NCBI GenBank assembly: GCA_044229445.1
Contig: JBGASX010000011.1
Coordinates: 7,712 to 71,711 of the forward strand
Source: Gemmatimonadales bacterium
GTDB lineage: Bacteria > Gemmatimonadota > Gemmatimonadetes > Gemmatimonadales > GWC2-71-9
Direction of reading: 5' to 3'
DNA length: 64,000 nt
Made by a program: the position numbers and the translations under genes. The notes beneath the pieces were generated by a model, which saw only the letters and a list, made by a program, of their open reading frames with translations, ran no database searches and had not been told where the DNA came from. Positions 36,091 through 45,158 of this stretch are shown here, one piece after another. Each line of letters opens with the position of its first letter. The first letter of the stretch is position 1.

Positions 36091-36894
36091 ATGGAGACCG
36101 CCATGCCCATCCTTGCCGAGCCGCGCGATCTCGCCGAGCTGACGGAGATCGATCCCGTCATCCCGCCTGGTGCGGGCGACCGCTTCAGCGGGTACGGCGT
36201 GATGGGTCTCCCCTTCGACTCGGGACAGGTCCTGGCACTCCGGCGGTTTCCCGCCTCGTCGCTCGGCACCGGCTACTCCTCCGTCTGGCACCGTGACGCC
36301 GAGGGGCACTGGACCTTCTGGTCCGACCATCTGCCGGAGTCATCCTGCGCCCGATACTTCGGCTGTTCGATCAGCCATGCGGTGGTCGCGCCGATCAGCG
36401 TCCGCTGGATCGGACCCAGGAGCTTCCGGGTTCGGGTCGGTGGGGGAGTCGTGGACTGGACGGTCACACTCGCGGCGACGCCCGCGAGCCTGCTCCTGCA
36501 GGCACTGCGGATGGTGCTGCCCGAGCACTACTGGCGGCGGCCCGATCTGCTCCGCAAGCTGGGCCGGCTCGCCGGCCCGCTCTTCAATGCGGGTGAGCTC
36601 CGCCTGACAGGCCGCTCCTCGAACGGGCAGTACTTCATGGCGATGCCGGAGCGGGTGTGGATGGTGAGCAGTTCGGTCGCGACGGTGCACAGCACGCCGC
36701 TCGGTTCACCGCGCCCGCTCCCCGAGCAGGCCTTCCTCGGCGATTTCGCGATTCCGCAGCGGGGATTATTCATGGTGGGGAGTGCCGAGTTCGAGCCCTT
36801 CGATCCGGCGCGGCACTCGGGCCTGCTCTCCTGTCAGGGAGATCCGGCCTCCGCGAACCGCGCCGCTTCCGACGGCCTGCCGAGTCCGCGATAG
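36091..36894 (+). CDS. hypothetical protein
   Basis: ATG 36091 gives METAMPILAEPRDLAELTEIDPV.... Composition is coding-like and no family was recognised. The 3' end overlaps the convergent kinase gene by 61 nt. Confidence 0.5.
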   Translation: METAMPILAEPRDLAELTEIDPVIPPGAGDRFSGYGVMGLPFDSGQVLALRRFPASSLGTGYSSVWHRDAEGHWTFWSDHLPESSCARYFGCSISHAVVAPISVRWIGPRSFRVRVGGGVVDWTVTLAATPASLLLQALRMVLPEHYWRRPDLLRKLGRLAGPLFNAGELRLTGRSSNGQYFMAMPERVWMVSSSVATVHSTPLGSPRPLPEQAFLGDFAIPQRGLFMVGSAEFEPFDPARHSGLLSCQGDPASANRAASDGLPSPR

Positions 36895-39476
36895 GCGAGG
36901 ACGAGGTTGGCGCGGACGCGCGCCATCTCCTCGGGCGGCGTGCTTCCGATCGCGCTGAGGATCCTGAGCGCATCGGTGAGCGCCTGTTCGGCCCGCTGGT
37001 ACTGGTGGCGCCGTACCGCGATCTCCCCCAGCAGTTCCTGGCAGCGCCCGACCTGCAGGTGGGTCGGGCCCTGCAATTGGAGCCGGATGGCCATGCTCCG
37101 CTCGAGCAGCGGCTCGGCGTGGTCCAGGTCCCCCTTCTTCATGTAGAGCACCGCGAGCTCGTACTGACTGCCGGCCACCGCCGGGTGATCGGGCCCCATG
37201 CTGCGCTCCACCGCATCGACCACCGTCCGGCGGACCCGGATCGCCTCGTCCAGCCGGCCCTCGTCTGCCCAGATGTCGGCGATCGCGCCGCGGTCGAGGG
37301 CGACGATGTAGTGATCGGGTCCGAGCCCCGCCTCACGCAGTTCGAGCACCCTCGTCATCAGCGACTCGGCCTCGGCGAAGCGCCGTTCCCGCTGCAGCAG
37401 TTCGCCCAGGTTGCCGGTCCCGTGCACCAGGCCGAGGTACTGGTCCCCCATCGTGCGGCGCACCATCGCGATGCCGCCGCGATACAGCCACTCCGCCTCG
37501 GCCCAGCGGGTCGAATCCCACGCGATCAGGTCGGCGACGTTGATCATCAGCTGACCCACGCTGGGATTGAGCGGTCCCAGCGCCTGCTGTCTGAGCGCGA
37601 GCGCCTCACGCGCGGCCGACTCCGCCTCGGCGTACTTCCCCTGGGAGTGCAGCGTGTACGCGAGCTTGATCAGCGTCTCGGCGAGCAGCGGATCTTCGGG
37701 TTTGAGTGTGCGGCGGCGGATCGCGAGGACCTCGCGATAGGCCGCCTCCGCCTCACTCACCCTCGCGAGGAAGGGGAGCAGGAAGGCGAGATCGCTCAGG
37801 GCGTCGGCGTAGGCCGCCGTCTCCGTCCCGGTCGTCTCGCGCAGGATTGCTAGCGCCTGGCGGTTGAGCAGCTCCGCGTGCTGATACTGGCCATTCACCC
37901 GCTCCAGCCGGCCGAGATGCTGCAGGCTCGCCGCCACATCGGGATGCAGGTTCCCGAAGGTGCGCCGCCGGATCATCAGCCCCTGCGCGGTGGCGGTGTG
38001 GGCCGCCTCGGTGCGGCCGAGATTGAGGAAGAGCTGCCCCAGGGCATCGAGCAGCCGCGCCTGCACCGCCGGCTGGCTGCCGAGTTCATCCACCCGGATT
38101 CGGGCCCGCTCCAGGAGCTGCTCGGCAAAGGCGGCGTTGACCGGCGCCACGTTCGGGTCGCCCTGGAGAAACACTCCGACCACGAAGTCGGTCACCTCTT
38201 CCGACTGCTGCAGCGCCGACTCCGCGCGGAGCCGCGCCGCCGCCGCGGCCCGCGCCTGCCAGGTCGTCGTGATGAGCCCGGCGGTGAGCAGGACGAGCGC
38301 CAGTACGGCACCCGACACCGCGGCCCGGTTCCGCCTGACAAAGGTACTGATCCGGTAACCGAGGGTATCGGGCCGCGCCTTCACCGGCTCATGCTCGAGA
38401 TGCCGCCGGAGATCTTCCGCCAGCCCCTGGGCCGAGCGGTAGCGCCGCTCCGGCTCCTTGGCGAGCGCCTTGAGCACGATCGTGTCGAGATCGCCGCGGA
38501 GCCGCCGCGCGAGCGACGGTTCGCTCACCCGGAGACTCGGCCGCTCCGGGATCCGCTCGCAGACCACCTGCTGGATCGCGGCCGGACTGAGATCATGGAC
38601 GTCGTACGGCCGCCACCCCGTCAGCAGTTCGTAGAGCAGGATGCCGAGGGTGTACACATCTGAGAGTGTCGTCACCCGCTCGCCGCGCACCTGCTCGGGG
38701 CTCGCGTAGCCGGGCGTGAACCAGAAGCCGGAGTGGTGCCCGGAGGTCTCGCCCGGCCGCTCCCCGTCCTCGGTCTCGGCCAGCGTCGCCACGCCGAAGT
38801 CGAGCAGCTTCGGGTCGCCCGATTCCTGGATCAGGATGTTGCTCGGCTTGAGATCGCAGTGGATCACCAGCCGCTGATGGGCGTACTGCACCGCTTCGGC
38901 GATCGCGATGAAGAGCCGGAGCCGCGCGTCCACATCGAGGTCGCGCTTCCGCACGAACTCGGTGAGCGACTCCCCTTCCACGTATTCCATCGCGAGGAAG
39001 GGCTGCCCGCCGTTGCCGTAGCCACCGTCGATCAGCCGCGCGATGCCGGGATGCTCGAGCCGCGCGAGGATCTGCCGCTCCCGCGCGAAGCGCTGCTCGA
39101 GTCCCGGCGTTCCGCTCAGCGCGTGGAAGAGGTCGCGGCGCAGCAGCTTGAGTGCCACCCGCTGGGTGAATCCGGCGCCGCCCCGCTCGGCGAGATAGAC
39201 CGAACCCATCCCTCCCTGTCCGAGCCGGCGGATGATCCGGTAATTGCCGAACATCTCCCCGGTGCGTTCGGGGACGGGCTCCGCATCGGCAGGCTCACCG
39301 AGCAGGCCGTCGATCGCGTGCGCGAGCAGCGACTCCACCTCGGCGCGGAGTGCCGTGTCTCCGGCGCAGGCCTGATCGAGATAGCGCTCCCGGACTGCGC
39401 CCTCCTGATTGATCGCGACCGAGAAGATCTCGGTGATGCGCGCCCAGTCGCGGGTCGGGCCGGAGGCGGTGCTCAC
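36834..39476 (-). CDS. Ser/Thr protein kinase with TM segment and long C-terminal TPR array
   Basis: Kinase motifs are present: GQGGMGSVYL, ALKLL, IHCDLKPSNILI, DFGVA and ASPEQ. The TM segment is AVSGAVLALVLLTAGLITTTW, followed by many TPR units. The GTG start overlaps the sigma-factor stop (GTGA at 39473-39476). Confidence 0.9.
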   Translation of the reverse strand: MSTASGPTRDWARITEIFSVAINQEGAVRERYLDQACAGDTALRAEVESLLAHAIDGLLGEPADAEPVPERTGEMFGNYRIIRRLGQGGMGSVYLAERGGAGFTQRVALKLLRRDLFHALSGTPGLEQRFARERQILARLEHPGIARLIDGGYGNGGQPFLAMEYVEGESLTEFVRKRDLDVDARLRLFIAIAEAVQYAHQRLVIHCDLKPSNILIQESGDPKLLDFGVATLAETEDGERPGETSGHHSGFWFTPGYASPEQVRGERVTTLSDVYTLGILLYELLTGWRPYDVHDLSPAAIQQVVCERIPERPSLRVSEPSLARRLRGDLDTIVLKALAKEPERRYRSAQGLAEDLRRHLEHEPVKARPDTLGYRISTFVRRNRAAVSGAVLALVLLTAGLITTTWQARAAAAARLRAESALQQSEEVTDFVVGVFLQGDPNVAPVNAAFAEQLLERARIRVDELGSQPAVQARLLDALGQLFLNLGRTEAAHTATAQGLMIRRRTFGNLHPDVAASLQHLGRLERVNGQYQHAELLNRQALAILRETTGTETAAYADALSDLAFLLPFLARVSEAEAAYREVLAIRRRTLKPEDPLLAETLIKLAYTLHSQGKYAEAESAAREALALRQQALGPLNPSVGQLMINVADLIAWDSTRWAEAEWLYRGGIAMVRRTMGDQYLGLVHGTGNLGELLQRERRFAEAESLMTRVLELREAGLGPDHYIVALDRGAIADIWADEGRLDEAIRVRRTVVDAVERSMGPDHPAVAGSQYELAVLYMKKGDLDHAEPLLERSMAIRLQLQGPTHLQVGRCQELLGEIAVRRHQYQRAEQALTDALRILSAIGSTPPEEMARVRANLVLAYRGLGRPSEAARFAEAGSP

Positions 39477-40045
39477 GGGCTCAGCTCCCGGTTGAGCCAG
39501 GCGCGGGCCAGGGTCCAGTCACGCTTCACGGTGGCGGGGGAGATGTCGAGCGCGGCGGCGGTCTCTTCCACACTCATGCCGCCGAAGAAGCGGCACTCCA
39601 CGATACGGGCCTGACGCTCGTCGATCAGGCGGAGCTGTTCCAGCGCCTCGTCGAGCGCAACCAGGTCGTCGGGCCGGGACTGGGCGGCATCGAGGGCGTT
39701 GTCGAGCGGGAGATGGGTCGCACCGGCGCCGCGCTTCCCGGCCCGCCGCTGCCGCGCATGGCTCACCAGGATCCGGCGCATCTCGTTGGCGCAGGCGCCG
39801 AAGAAGTGGGCCCGGTCCTGCCAGACCATCCGGTCGAGACGGACCAGCTTGAGGTAGGCCTCGTGGACCAGCGCCGTCGGCGAGAGGGTGTGATCGGGCC
39901 GCTCGTGGCGGAGCGCGCGGTCGGCCTGCTCACGGAGCCGCGCGTAGATCGCGGGCATCAGGCCGTCGAGGGCGGCGCGATCCCCGGCGGAGAGCGCCTG
40001 CAAGGCCTGCGTCACATCGGTCTCGGGTGTCATGAGGGATTCCAC
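39473..40045 (-). CDS. ECF-type sigma-70 factor (Sigma70_ECF / TIGR02999-like)
   Basis: The N-terminus VTQALQALSAGDRAALDGLMPAIYARLREQADRALRHERPDHTLSPTALVHEAYLKLV is the hallmark of this ECF subfamily. The C-terminal region-4 HTH is FFGGMSVEETAAALDISPATVKRDW. Confidence 0.85.
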   Translation of the reverse strand: MESLMTPETDVTQALQALSAGDRAALDGLMPAIYARLREQADRALRHERPDHTLSPTALVHEAYLKLVRLDRMVWQDRAHFFGACANEMRRILVSHARQRRAGKRGAGATHLPLDNALDAAQSRPDDLVALDEALEQLRLIDERQARIVECRFFGGMSVEETAAALDISPATVKRDWTLARAWLNRELSP

Positions 40046-40166
40046 TCGGGACGTCGGTCTTCCTTATATAGCCGCCGGGTACGGACAGCCGCCAGCCTCC
40101 GGGACCGGCGGTACCCGGGTGGGCCAGCCGCTGAACGGGCCCGGCGGGGGATTTGTTTCTGTATGG

Positions 40167-40196
40167 CGCCGGGGCGACCACTTGGTCGCCCCGGCG
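40167..40196 (-). terminator. hairpin after RCC1 gene (13-bp stem, 4-nt loop)
   Basis: CGCCGGGGCGACC (40167-40179), loop ACTT, GGTCGCCCCGGCG (40184-40196). It lies 35 nt downstream of stop 40231 on the minus strand. It is a member of the GGGGCGACC-N4-GGTCGCCCC palindrome family. Confidence 0.6.
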
Positions 40197-40230
40197 ATGT
40201 CCGTGATGCACCGATCGGTCGTGCGGACGG

Positions 40231-42027
40231 CTACGGGCCGGTGACCTGGAACTGGAGGCCGCCGAGCACCGGGGTCGGCGCCCACCGGGTGATCGTCGTT
40301 CCGTCGCCGACCTGACCGTTGTCGTTGTCGCCCCAGCAGTACGCCGTACCGCTGGCGGTGAGTCCACAGGAGTGCTCCCAGCCGACCGCGATCCGCTGGA
40401 ACAGCAGCCCGCCGATCGCGGGCACCGGGCTATCGATCGAAATGGCCATCGTCGGGCCGATGCCGAGTTCGCCCTTCGTCGCCATGCCCCAGCAGTAGAC
40501 CGCACCGGAGGGAGTCAGGCCGCAGGTGAACGCGGCTCCCGAGGTCAGCGTCGTGAAGGTGTGGCCGCCGACGACCCTGGCCGGCTGCAGTTCGGTCGCG
40601 CCGGTGCCGTTGCCGAGTCCGTTGACGCCCCAGCAGAACGCTTCGCCGGCGGTGTTCAAGCCGCAGGAATGCCAGTTCCCCAGCGAGAGCATGGTGAATC
40701 GCTCCGTCGTGGCAACCGGCGCCGGCAGGTAATGGTCGGTTGTGGTGCCGTCACCGAGAGTCCCGTACTGGTTCGTTCCCCAGCACCAGGCCTCGCCGGT
40801 CGTGGTGACCCCGCAGCCGTGCTTGTCGCCGACCACGAGGTTGATGAACTGGAGTCCGCCGGCCACTGCGGTGGGAGAACTCCGTGGCGTCGTGGTACCG
40901 TCGCCGAACTGACCGTTGTAGTTGGCGCCCCAGCAATAGCCCACCCCGTTGGTCGCCAGCCCGCATACGCTGAAGGTCCCGGGATTCAGAGTCACGAACC
41001 GGAGCGCGCCACCGACGGGTGTTGGGCTCCACGGATACGAGAGATAGGCGCCACTGCCCCAGCAGTAGGCCTGCCCCTTCGGGGTCAGTCCGCAGGTGCT
41101 GAACATCGTCGCGGCAAGACTGGCCAGGCCGGGATCGTTCAGGAGCGGAGTCGGCTGGTGGCGGTCGATCGCGCTCCCGTCCCCGAGCTGTCCCCAGTTG
41201 TTCTCGCCCCAGCAGTAGGTCTTCCCGTTGCTGGCGATCGCGCAGGTGTGATTCCCTCCGCCACCCGAGATCGTCTGGATGTCCATCGAAAGCGCATTGA
41301 TGCTCACCGGGTTTCCGGCGATACCGGGCGCCGCCGCGGTCGCGGTCAGCGAATTCGTCCCGAGGGAGGTACCGAGCGTCCAGCTACCAACGGTCGCGAC
41401 GCCGTTCGCTCCGGTGACCTGAGTCGGCGCCGTAACGGCGCCCCCGCCGCCGGTCACGACGAAGCTCACCGACACACCCGGCCACGGACTGCCGTCCGCC
41501 CTGGTCACCAGCACCGAGGGTGCGATCGCCACCGTTGCGCCGGGCCGAGCCGCCTGACCGTCGCCGGAGGAGATCACGATCGCGGCGGTGCGCGGAGTGG
41601 TGGCGCAGGTGATCCGGACATTCACCGAATGCCCCGCCCCACCACGCACGGCCACGTCCACCGCGTTGCGCCCGCGCAGCACGATGACGGGCACTTCGGC
41701 GACTCGCACCGACCCGAGCAGGGCGGCAAAGTCGAGCACGATCTTCCCGTTCATCCATACCCTGGCCGTCGTCCCCGGCTCGCCGTCGTCCTCGACCCGG
41801 AGTACACAGCCGCCGGCGGGAGCGGGTTCGATGATGAAGGTCGTGCGCGTCCGTTCGCCGCCTTCAAAGCCGAACTGTCTCGGCCCGAAGATGCAGGTAG
41901 GGCAGGAGCCATCAGTGGCCCCGGAGAGCGCCGCGCTCTCCACGGTACTCGCCGTGGGCGCCGACGCATTGCAGGCGGGTAGGAGCAGGAGAAGCGAGAG
42001 TGCGAAACTTCCGGCCAGGCCTTTCAT
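40231..42027 (-). CDS. RCC1-repeat lipoprotein with Ig-like domains
   Basis: GGAGG lies 7 nt before ATG 42027. The lipobox is FALSLLLLLPACNAS. An N-terminal beta domain and a Big_1-like segment (IVISSGDGQAARPGATVAIAPSVLVTRADGSPWPGVSVSFVVTGGGG) follow. There are at least 7 RCC1 blades (CGL...G.AYCWG.N..GQ.GDGT). The track start is 42102. Confidence 0.85.
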   Translation of the reverse strand: MKGLAGSFALSLLLLLPACNASAPTASTVESAALSGATDGSCPTCIFGPRQFGFEGGERTRTTFIIEPAPAGGCVLRVEDDGEPGTTARVWMNGKIVLDFAALLGSVRVAEVPVIVLRGRNAVDVAVRGGAGHSVNVRITCATTPRTAAIVISSGDGQAARPGATVAIAPSVLVTRADGSPWPGVSVSFVVTGGGGAVTAPTQVTGANGVATVGSWTLGTSLGTNSLTATAAAPGIAGNPVSINALSMDIQTISGGGGNHTCAIASNGKTYCWGENNWGQLGDGSAIDRHQPTPLLNDPGLASLAATMFSTCGLTPKGQAYCWGSGAYLSYPWSPTPVGGALRFVTLNPGTFSVCGLATNGVGYCWGANYNGQFGDGTTTPRSSPTAVAGGLQFINLVVGDKHGCGVTTTGEAWCWGTNQYGTLGDGTTTDHYLPAPVATTERFTMLSLGNWHSCGLNTAGEAFCWGVNGLGNGTGATELQPARVVGGHTFTTLTSGAAFTCGLTPSGAVYCWGMATKGELGIGPTMAISIDSPVPAIGGLLFQRIAVGWEHSCGLTASGTAYCWGDNDNGQVGDGTTITRWAPTPVLGGLQFQVTGP

Positions 42028-42231
42028 GGTGGACCTCCGGGTGATCTGGCGGGCATACGCAGACGGCGGCCTCGAAGATCGCCGAGGCCGCCGCGCAACC
42101 ACCTGGAGTGCCTGCCGGTACTATGGTCCCGCGTGCCGGGTCCCGGTTCCCCTCAGCGTCACCCTAACAGCTCCGGTACGAAAGGGGGATGAAACAGTGA
42201 TGATGAAATACGGGGGAGGACTTTCGGACCG

Positions 42232-43077
42232 TTACCGGAGCATCTTCTCCATCGCCTGCTTCGCCTTTGCGAGCTGAGTTTCCGCCTCGGCGAGCCACTC
42301 CTCCCGCTTCGGGTTGCCAGGCTCGATCATCGCCGCACTCCGGAGCGCCCGCATCGTGCCCTCGGTATAGTCCCGCGCCCGCAGGTAATAGACGTCCACG
42401 CTCACCATCGCCGGGGGCGGCGGACCGAGCCGCGCGGCAGCGGCCGCGAGCTCCCGCTCGGTGTCGCTCACATAGACCCGGTGGATGTCGCTGTCACCGG
42501 GGTTCGGGAGATCGCGCCGCCCGCTCTCGATGAGCAGGCCGAGCGAGTAGAGCACCGTCTCCAGGTTGCTGCGCGCCTCGGCCGTCGCCGGATGCACGTT
42601 CGACGGCGGTGGTGGGCCCGCCACCGTCGTCGCCACGGGATCGGCCGAGCTTCGACGGAACCAGGAGGCGTCGGCGAACATGCTGCCGCGGATACGCATC
42701 CATTCGCGCCGGAGCCGGGTGTTCAGGATCGGGGTGCCGACCTCGGTATGCTGCACCATCGACGACAGCATGCGGGCATTCTCCGCCAGCGTCACCGCGA
42801 TCGTGTTGCTGGTGTCCACCGCCGTCAGGCGGCCGAGCACGAGGAGCGCGTCGCTGGCGTGGGTGCGGCCGCTTTCGCTGAGGGGGCCGTCTTCAAGGAG
42901 CACCGCATCGACCGCAACGATCGAGGCGCGATACTGCTCGGGGTCGAGGGCGTCCCCCTTGAAGGGGCCCAGTCGGGTCTGGCCCCGGCTCGAGGCGTGA
43001 ACCCCCATGCCGACGACCCCGGCCACTGCGGCGATACCGACGAAGAATGAGAGGCGCATGGGTGGGGAGGTACGCAT
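42232..43077 (-). CDS. hypothetical secreted/anchored protein
   Basis: Only the 3' ~280 codons of track ORF 42232..43902 look protein-like. They start at MRTSPPMRLSFFVGIAAVAGVVGMGVHA (ATG 43077 or 43059). The upstream part runs antisense through the PLD gene. Confidence 0.5.
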   Translation of the reverse strand: MRTSPPMRLSFFVGIAAVAGVVGMGVHASSRGQTRLGPFKGDALDPEQYRASIVAVDAVLLEDGPLSESGRTHASDALLVLGRLTAVDTSNTIAVTLAENARMLSSMVQHTEVGTPILNTRLRREWMRIRGSMFADASWFRRSSADPVATTVAGPPPPSNVHPATAEARSNLETVLYSLGLLIESGRRDLPNPGDSDIHRVYVSDTERELAAAAARLGPPPPAMVSVDVYYLRARDYTEGTMRALRSAAMIEPGNPKREEWLAEAETQLAKAKQAMEKMLR

Positions 43078-43293
43078 ACCGCGTACCGCGCCATCCCCGG
43101 GAATCCCAATGCCGAAGTTGTTGTGCGGCAAGGCCCTGCGGAGTGTGCGGCAGGTCATGCCGGGTCGGGGGTCTGGCGGGATGCGGGGGCTGACGCGGGC
43201 GCCGCAGGGGCGACCGGCTGGTCGCCCGCGTTTGCCGGCCCGCGATAGATTGCACCCACACCAACGCCACCGCCTCCAGGAGTCCGCCCCACC

Positions 43294-44877
43294 GTGCCTC
43301 GGCGACTGTCCCTGCTGCCCATCGTCCTGCTGATCGCCTGCTCCGGCGAGTCCGCCCCGCCGCTCGCAAAGACCGCTGCGGCCGACTCCGACTTCTGCGC
43401 CACGATCCATCGCGACACCACCATCCACCTCGCCCAGCAGCTTCACGCGGTGGACTCGCTGATGGCGACGAAGACCGGCGTGTACGTCCTCGAGGATGGC
43501 GGCGGCGCGATGGTCGCCCGCGCCTGGCTCAGCGAATACGCCGAGAAGACGATCGATGTCCAGTACTTCATCTTCTCGGCCGACAACGTCGGGCTCATCG
43601 CGGTGGACTACCTGGTCCGCGCCGCCGAAAGGGGCGTGAAGGTCCGGGTACTGGTGGACGATCTGCTGCTCGAGGCCGATGCGGCCCAGCTCCTCGCGAT
43701 CGACGCGATCCCCAATCTCGCGATCCGCATTTACAACCCCGACATCAACCTTGGCAAGAAGCTCCCGGGGAAGCTCTTCAACACCGTCACCGACTTCCGC
43801 GGCATCAACCAGCGGATGCACAACAAGACCTTCACCGTCGACGGCCGCATCGTCATCACCGGCGGCCGGAACATCGCCGACGAGTACTTCGACTACGACC
43901 ACGAGTACAACTTCCGCGACCGCGACGTCCTCCTCCTCGGCGGGGTCGCGCGCGAGGTCGAGCGCACCTTCGAGCAGTTCTGGAACGACCCGCGCAGCCG
44001 CCCGATCGGCTCAGTAGCCCAGGCCTCCGCGCCTGGGAACGCCCCCGCGCCTGGGAACGCCTCCGCGCCCGGGACCGACAGCGCCACCACGGCGACCGTC
44101 GCGGCGCTGCACCAGTACGCCTGCAATCCCTCCAACTACTGGCCCCAGGTCCGCCAGCAGGTCGCCAGCATCCCCGTCGCCTTCGAGGCGATCCAGGCCT
44201 CCGGCAGACTCCAGTGGCTCGACAGCGTGCGCTACGTTTCCGATGTGCCAGGCAAGAATGACGGCACTCACGGACTCGGGGGCGGCGGCGTCACGCTCGA
44301 CACCCTGCTCGACCTGGTGCGCCACGCGCAGCATTCGATCGCCATCCAGTCGCCCTACCTGATCACGACGGAACTCGGGCGAGCAGTCTTCCGGGATGCG
44401 GTGAAGCGCGGCGTCGAGGTGCGGATCCTCACCAACAGCCTCGCCTCCACCGACAACCTCGAGGCCTTCAGCGGCTATCAGCGCGACCGCGACGCGCTGC
44501 TCGCGACCGGCGTGCGGCTCTTCGAATTCCGTCCCGACGCCGTCGAGCGCGCCTCGATCATGACCGGCGCACTCGCGGGAACGCTCGCGCACCCGCCCAT
44601 CTTCGGGCTGCACGCCAAGTCGATGGTGATCGACGGGCACATCACCGTTGTCGGCACCTTCAATCTCGATCCGCGCAGCGCCAACCTGAACACCGAATGC
44701 ATCACCGTCATCCGCTCCGACACCATCGCGGCCGGCGTGCTCGCGGGGATGGAGGTGGAGTTCCGGCCGGACAATGCGTGGGAGACGACGCCTACCTACA
44801 ATCCCGACGCCGAAGCGGCGATGGGGAAGCGATTCAAGGCGTGGACGCGGCGGATCGTCCCGAAACAGATCCTGTAA
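43294..44877 (+). CDS. phospholipase D family lipoprotein (two HKD motifs)
   Basis: The lipobox is LLPIVLLIACSGES. HKD motif 1 is RMHNKTFTVDGRIVITGGRNIADEY. HKD motif 2 is GLHAKSMVIDGHITVVGTFNLDPRS. Confidence 0.85.
   Translation: MPRRLSLLPIVLLIACSGESAPPLAKTAAADSDFCATIHRDTTIHLAQQLHAVDSLMATKTGVYVLEDGGGAMVARAWLSEYAEKTIDVQYFIFSADNVGLIAVDYLVRAAERGVKVRVLVDDLLLEADAAQLLAIDAIPNLAIRIYNPDINLGKKLPGKLFNTVTDFRGINQRMHNKTFTVDGRIVITGGRNIADEYFDYDHEYNFRDRDVLLLGGVAREVERTFEQFWNDPRSRPIGSVAQASAPGNAPAPGNASAPGTDSATTATVAALHQYACNPSNYWPQVRQQVASIPVAFEAIQASGRLQWLDSVRYVSDVPGKNDGTHGLGGGGVTLDTLLDLVRHAQHSIAIQSPYLITTELGRAVFRDAVKRGVEVRILTNSLASTDNLEAFSGYQRDRDALLATGVRLFEFRPDAVERASIMTGALAGTLAHPPIFGLHAKSMVIDGHITVVGTFNLDPRSANLNTECITVIRSDTIAAGVLAGMEVEFRPDNAWETTPTYNPDAEAAMGKRFKAWTRRIVPKQIL
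44023..44076 (+). repeat. in-frame 18-bp tandem repeat x3 inside the PLD gene
   Basis: The units are gcctccgcgcctgggaac / gcccccgcgcctgggaac / gcctccgcgcccgggacc. They encode ASAPGN-APAPGN-ASAPGT in the linker between the two HKD halves. Confidence 0.8.
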
Positions 44878-44883
44878 CGCGCT

Positions 44884-44991
44884 CGCGGCTGAAGCCGCGG
44901 CTCGGCTGATGTCAGTAAACTGACATCGGACCCTTTCGAGTGAGTGGGATGTCGCTTCAGCGACATCAGCCGAGCCGTCGCTTCAGCGACG
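44884..44991. repeat. cluster of four short hairpins plus a long-range inverted repeat (REP/BIME-like, probable terminator region)
   Basis: Four hairpins are present:
- CGCGGC-TGAA-GCCGCG at 44884-44899
- GATGTCAG-TAAA-CTGACATC at 44908-44927
- GATGTCGC-TTCA-GCGACATC at 44948-44967
- CGTCGC-TTCA-GCGACG at 44976-44991
In addition, GGCTCGGCTGATGTC (44899-44913) is the reverse complement of 44962-44976. Confidence 0.7.
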
Positions 44992-45158
44992 TGCTCCCGG
45001 CGGCGCGGTCTCCCGCGGAGACGCTCTGCTCCCTCCGCGTCCTCCGCGTGACATCTTGTCACATCTCGCTCGCCAGCAACGTTGCCCACCTACGCTGCGC
45101 GGAGCGTCGCGATAGATTGGACCGAGCCATCGCCCCCTCCCGCTTCCGAGGCCCTCGC

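Noticed and set aside
43078-43902. Upstream 275 codons of track ORF 42232..43902
   Set aside because: This part overlaps the PLD gene on the opposite strand and crosses the divergent promoter gap. The sequence only becomes protein-like, with a signal/anchor, from ATG 43077.
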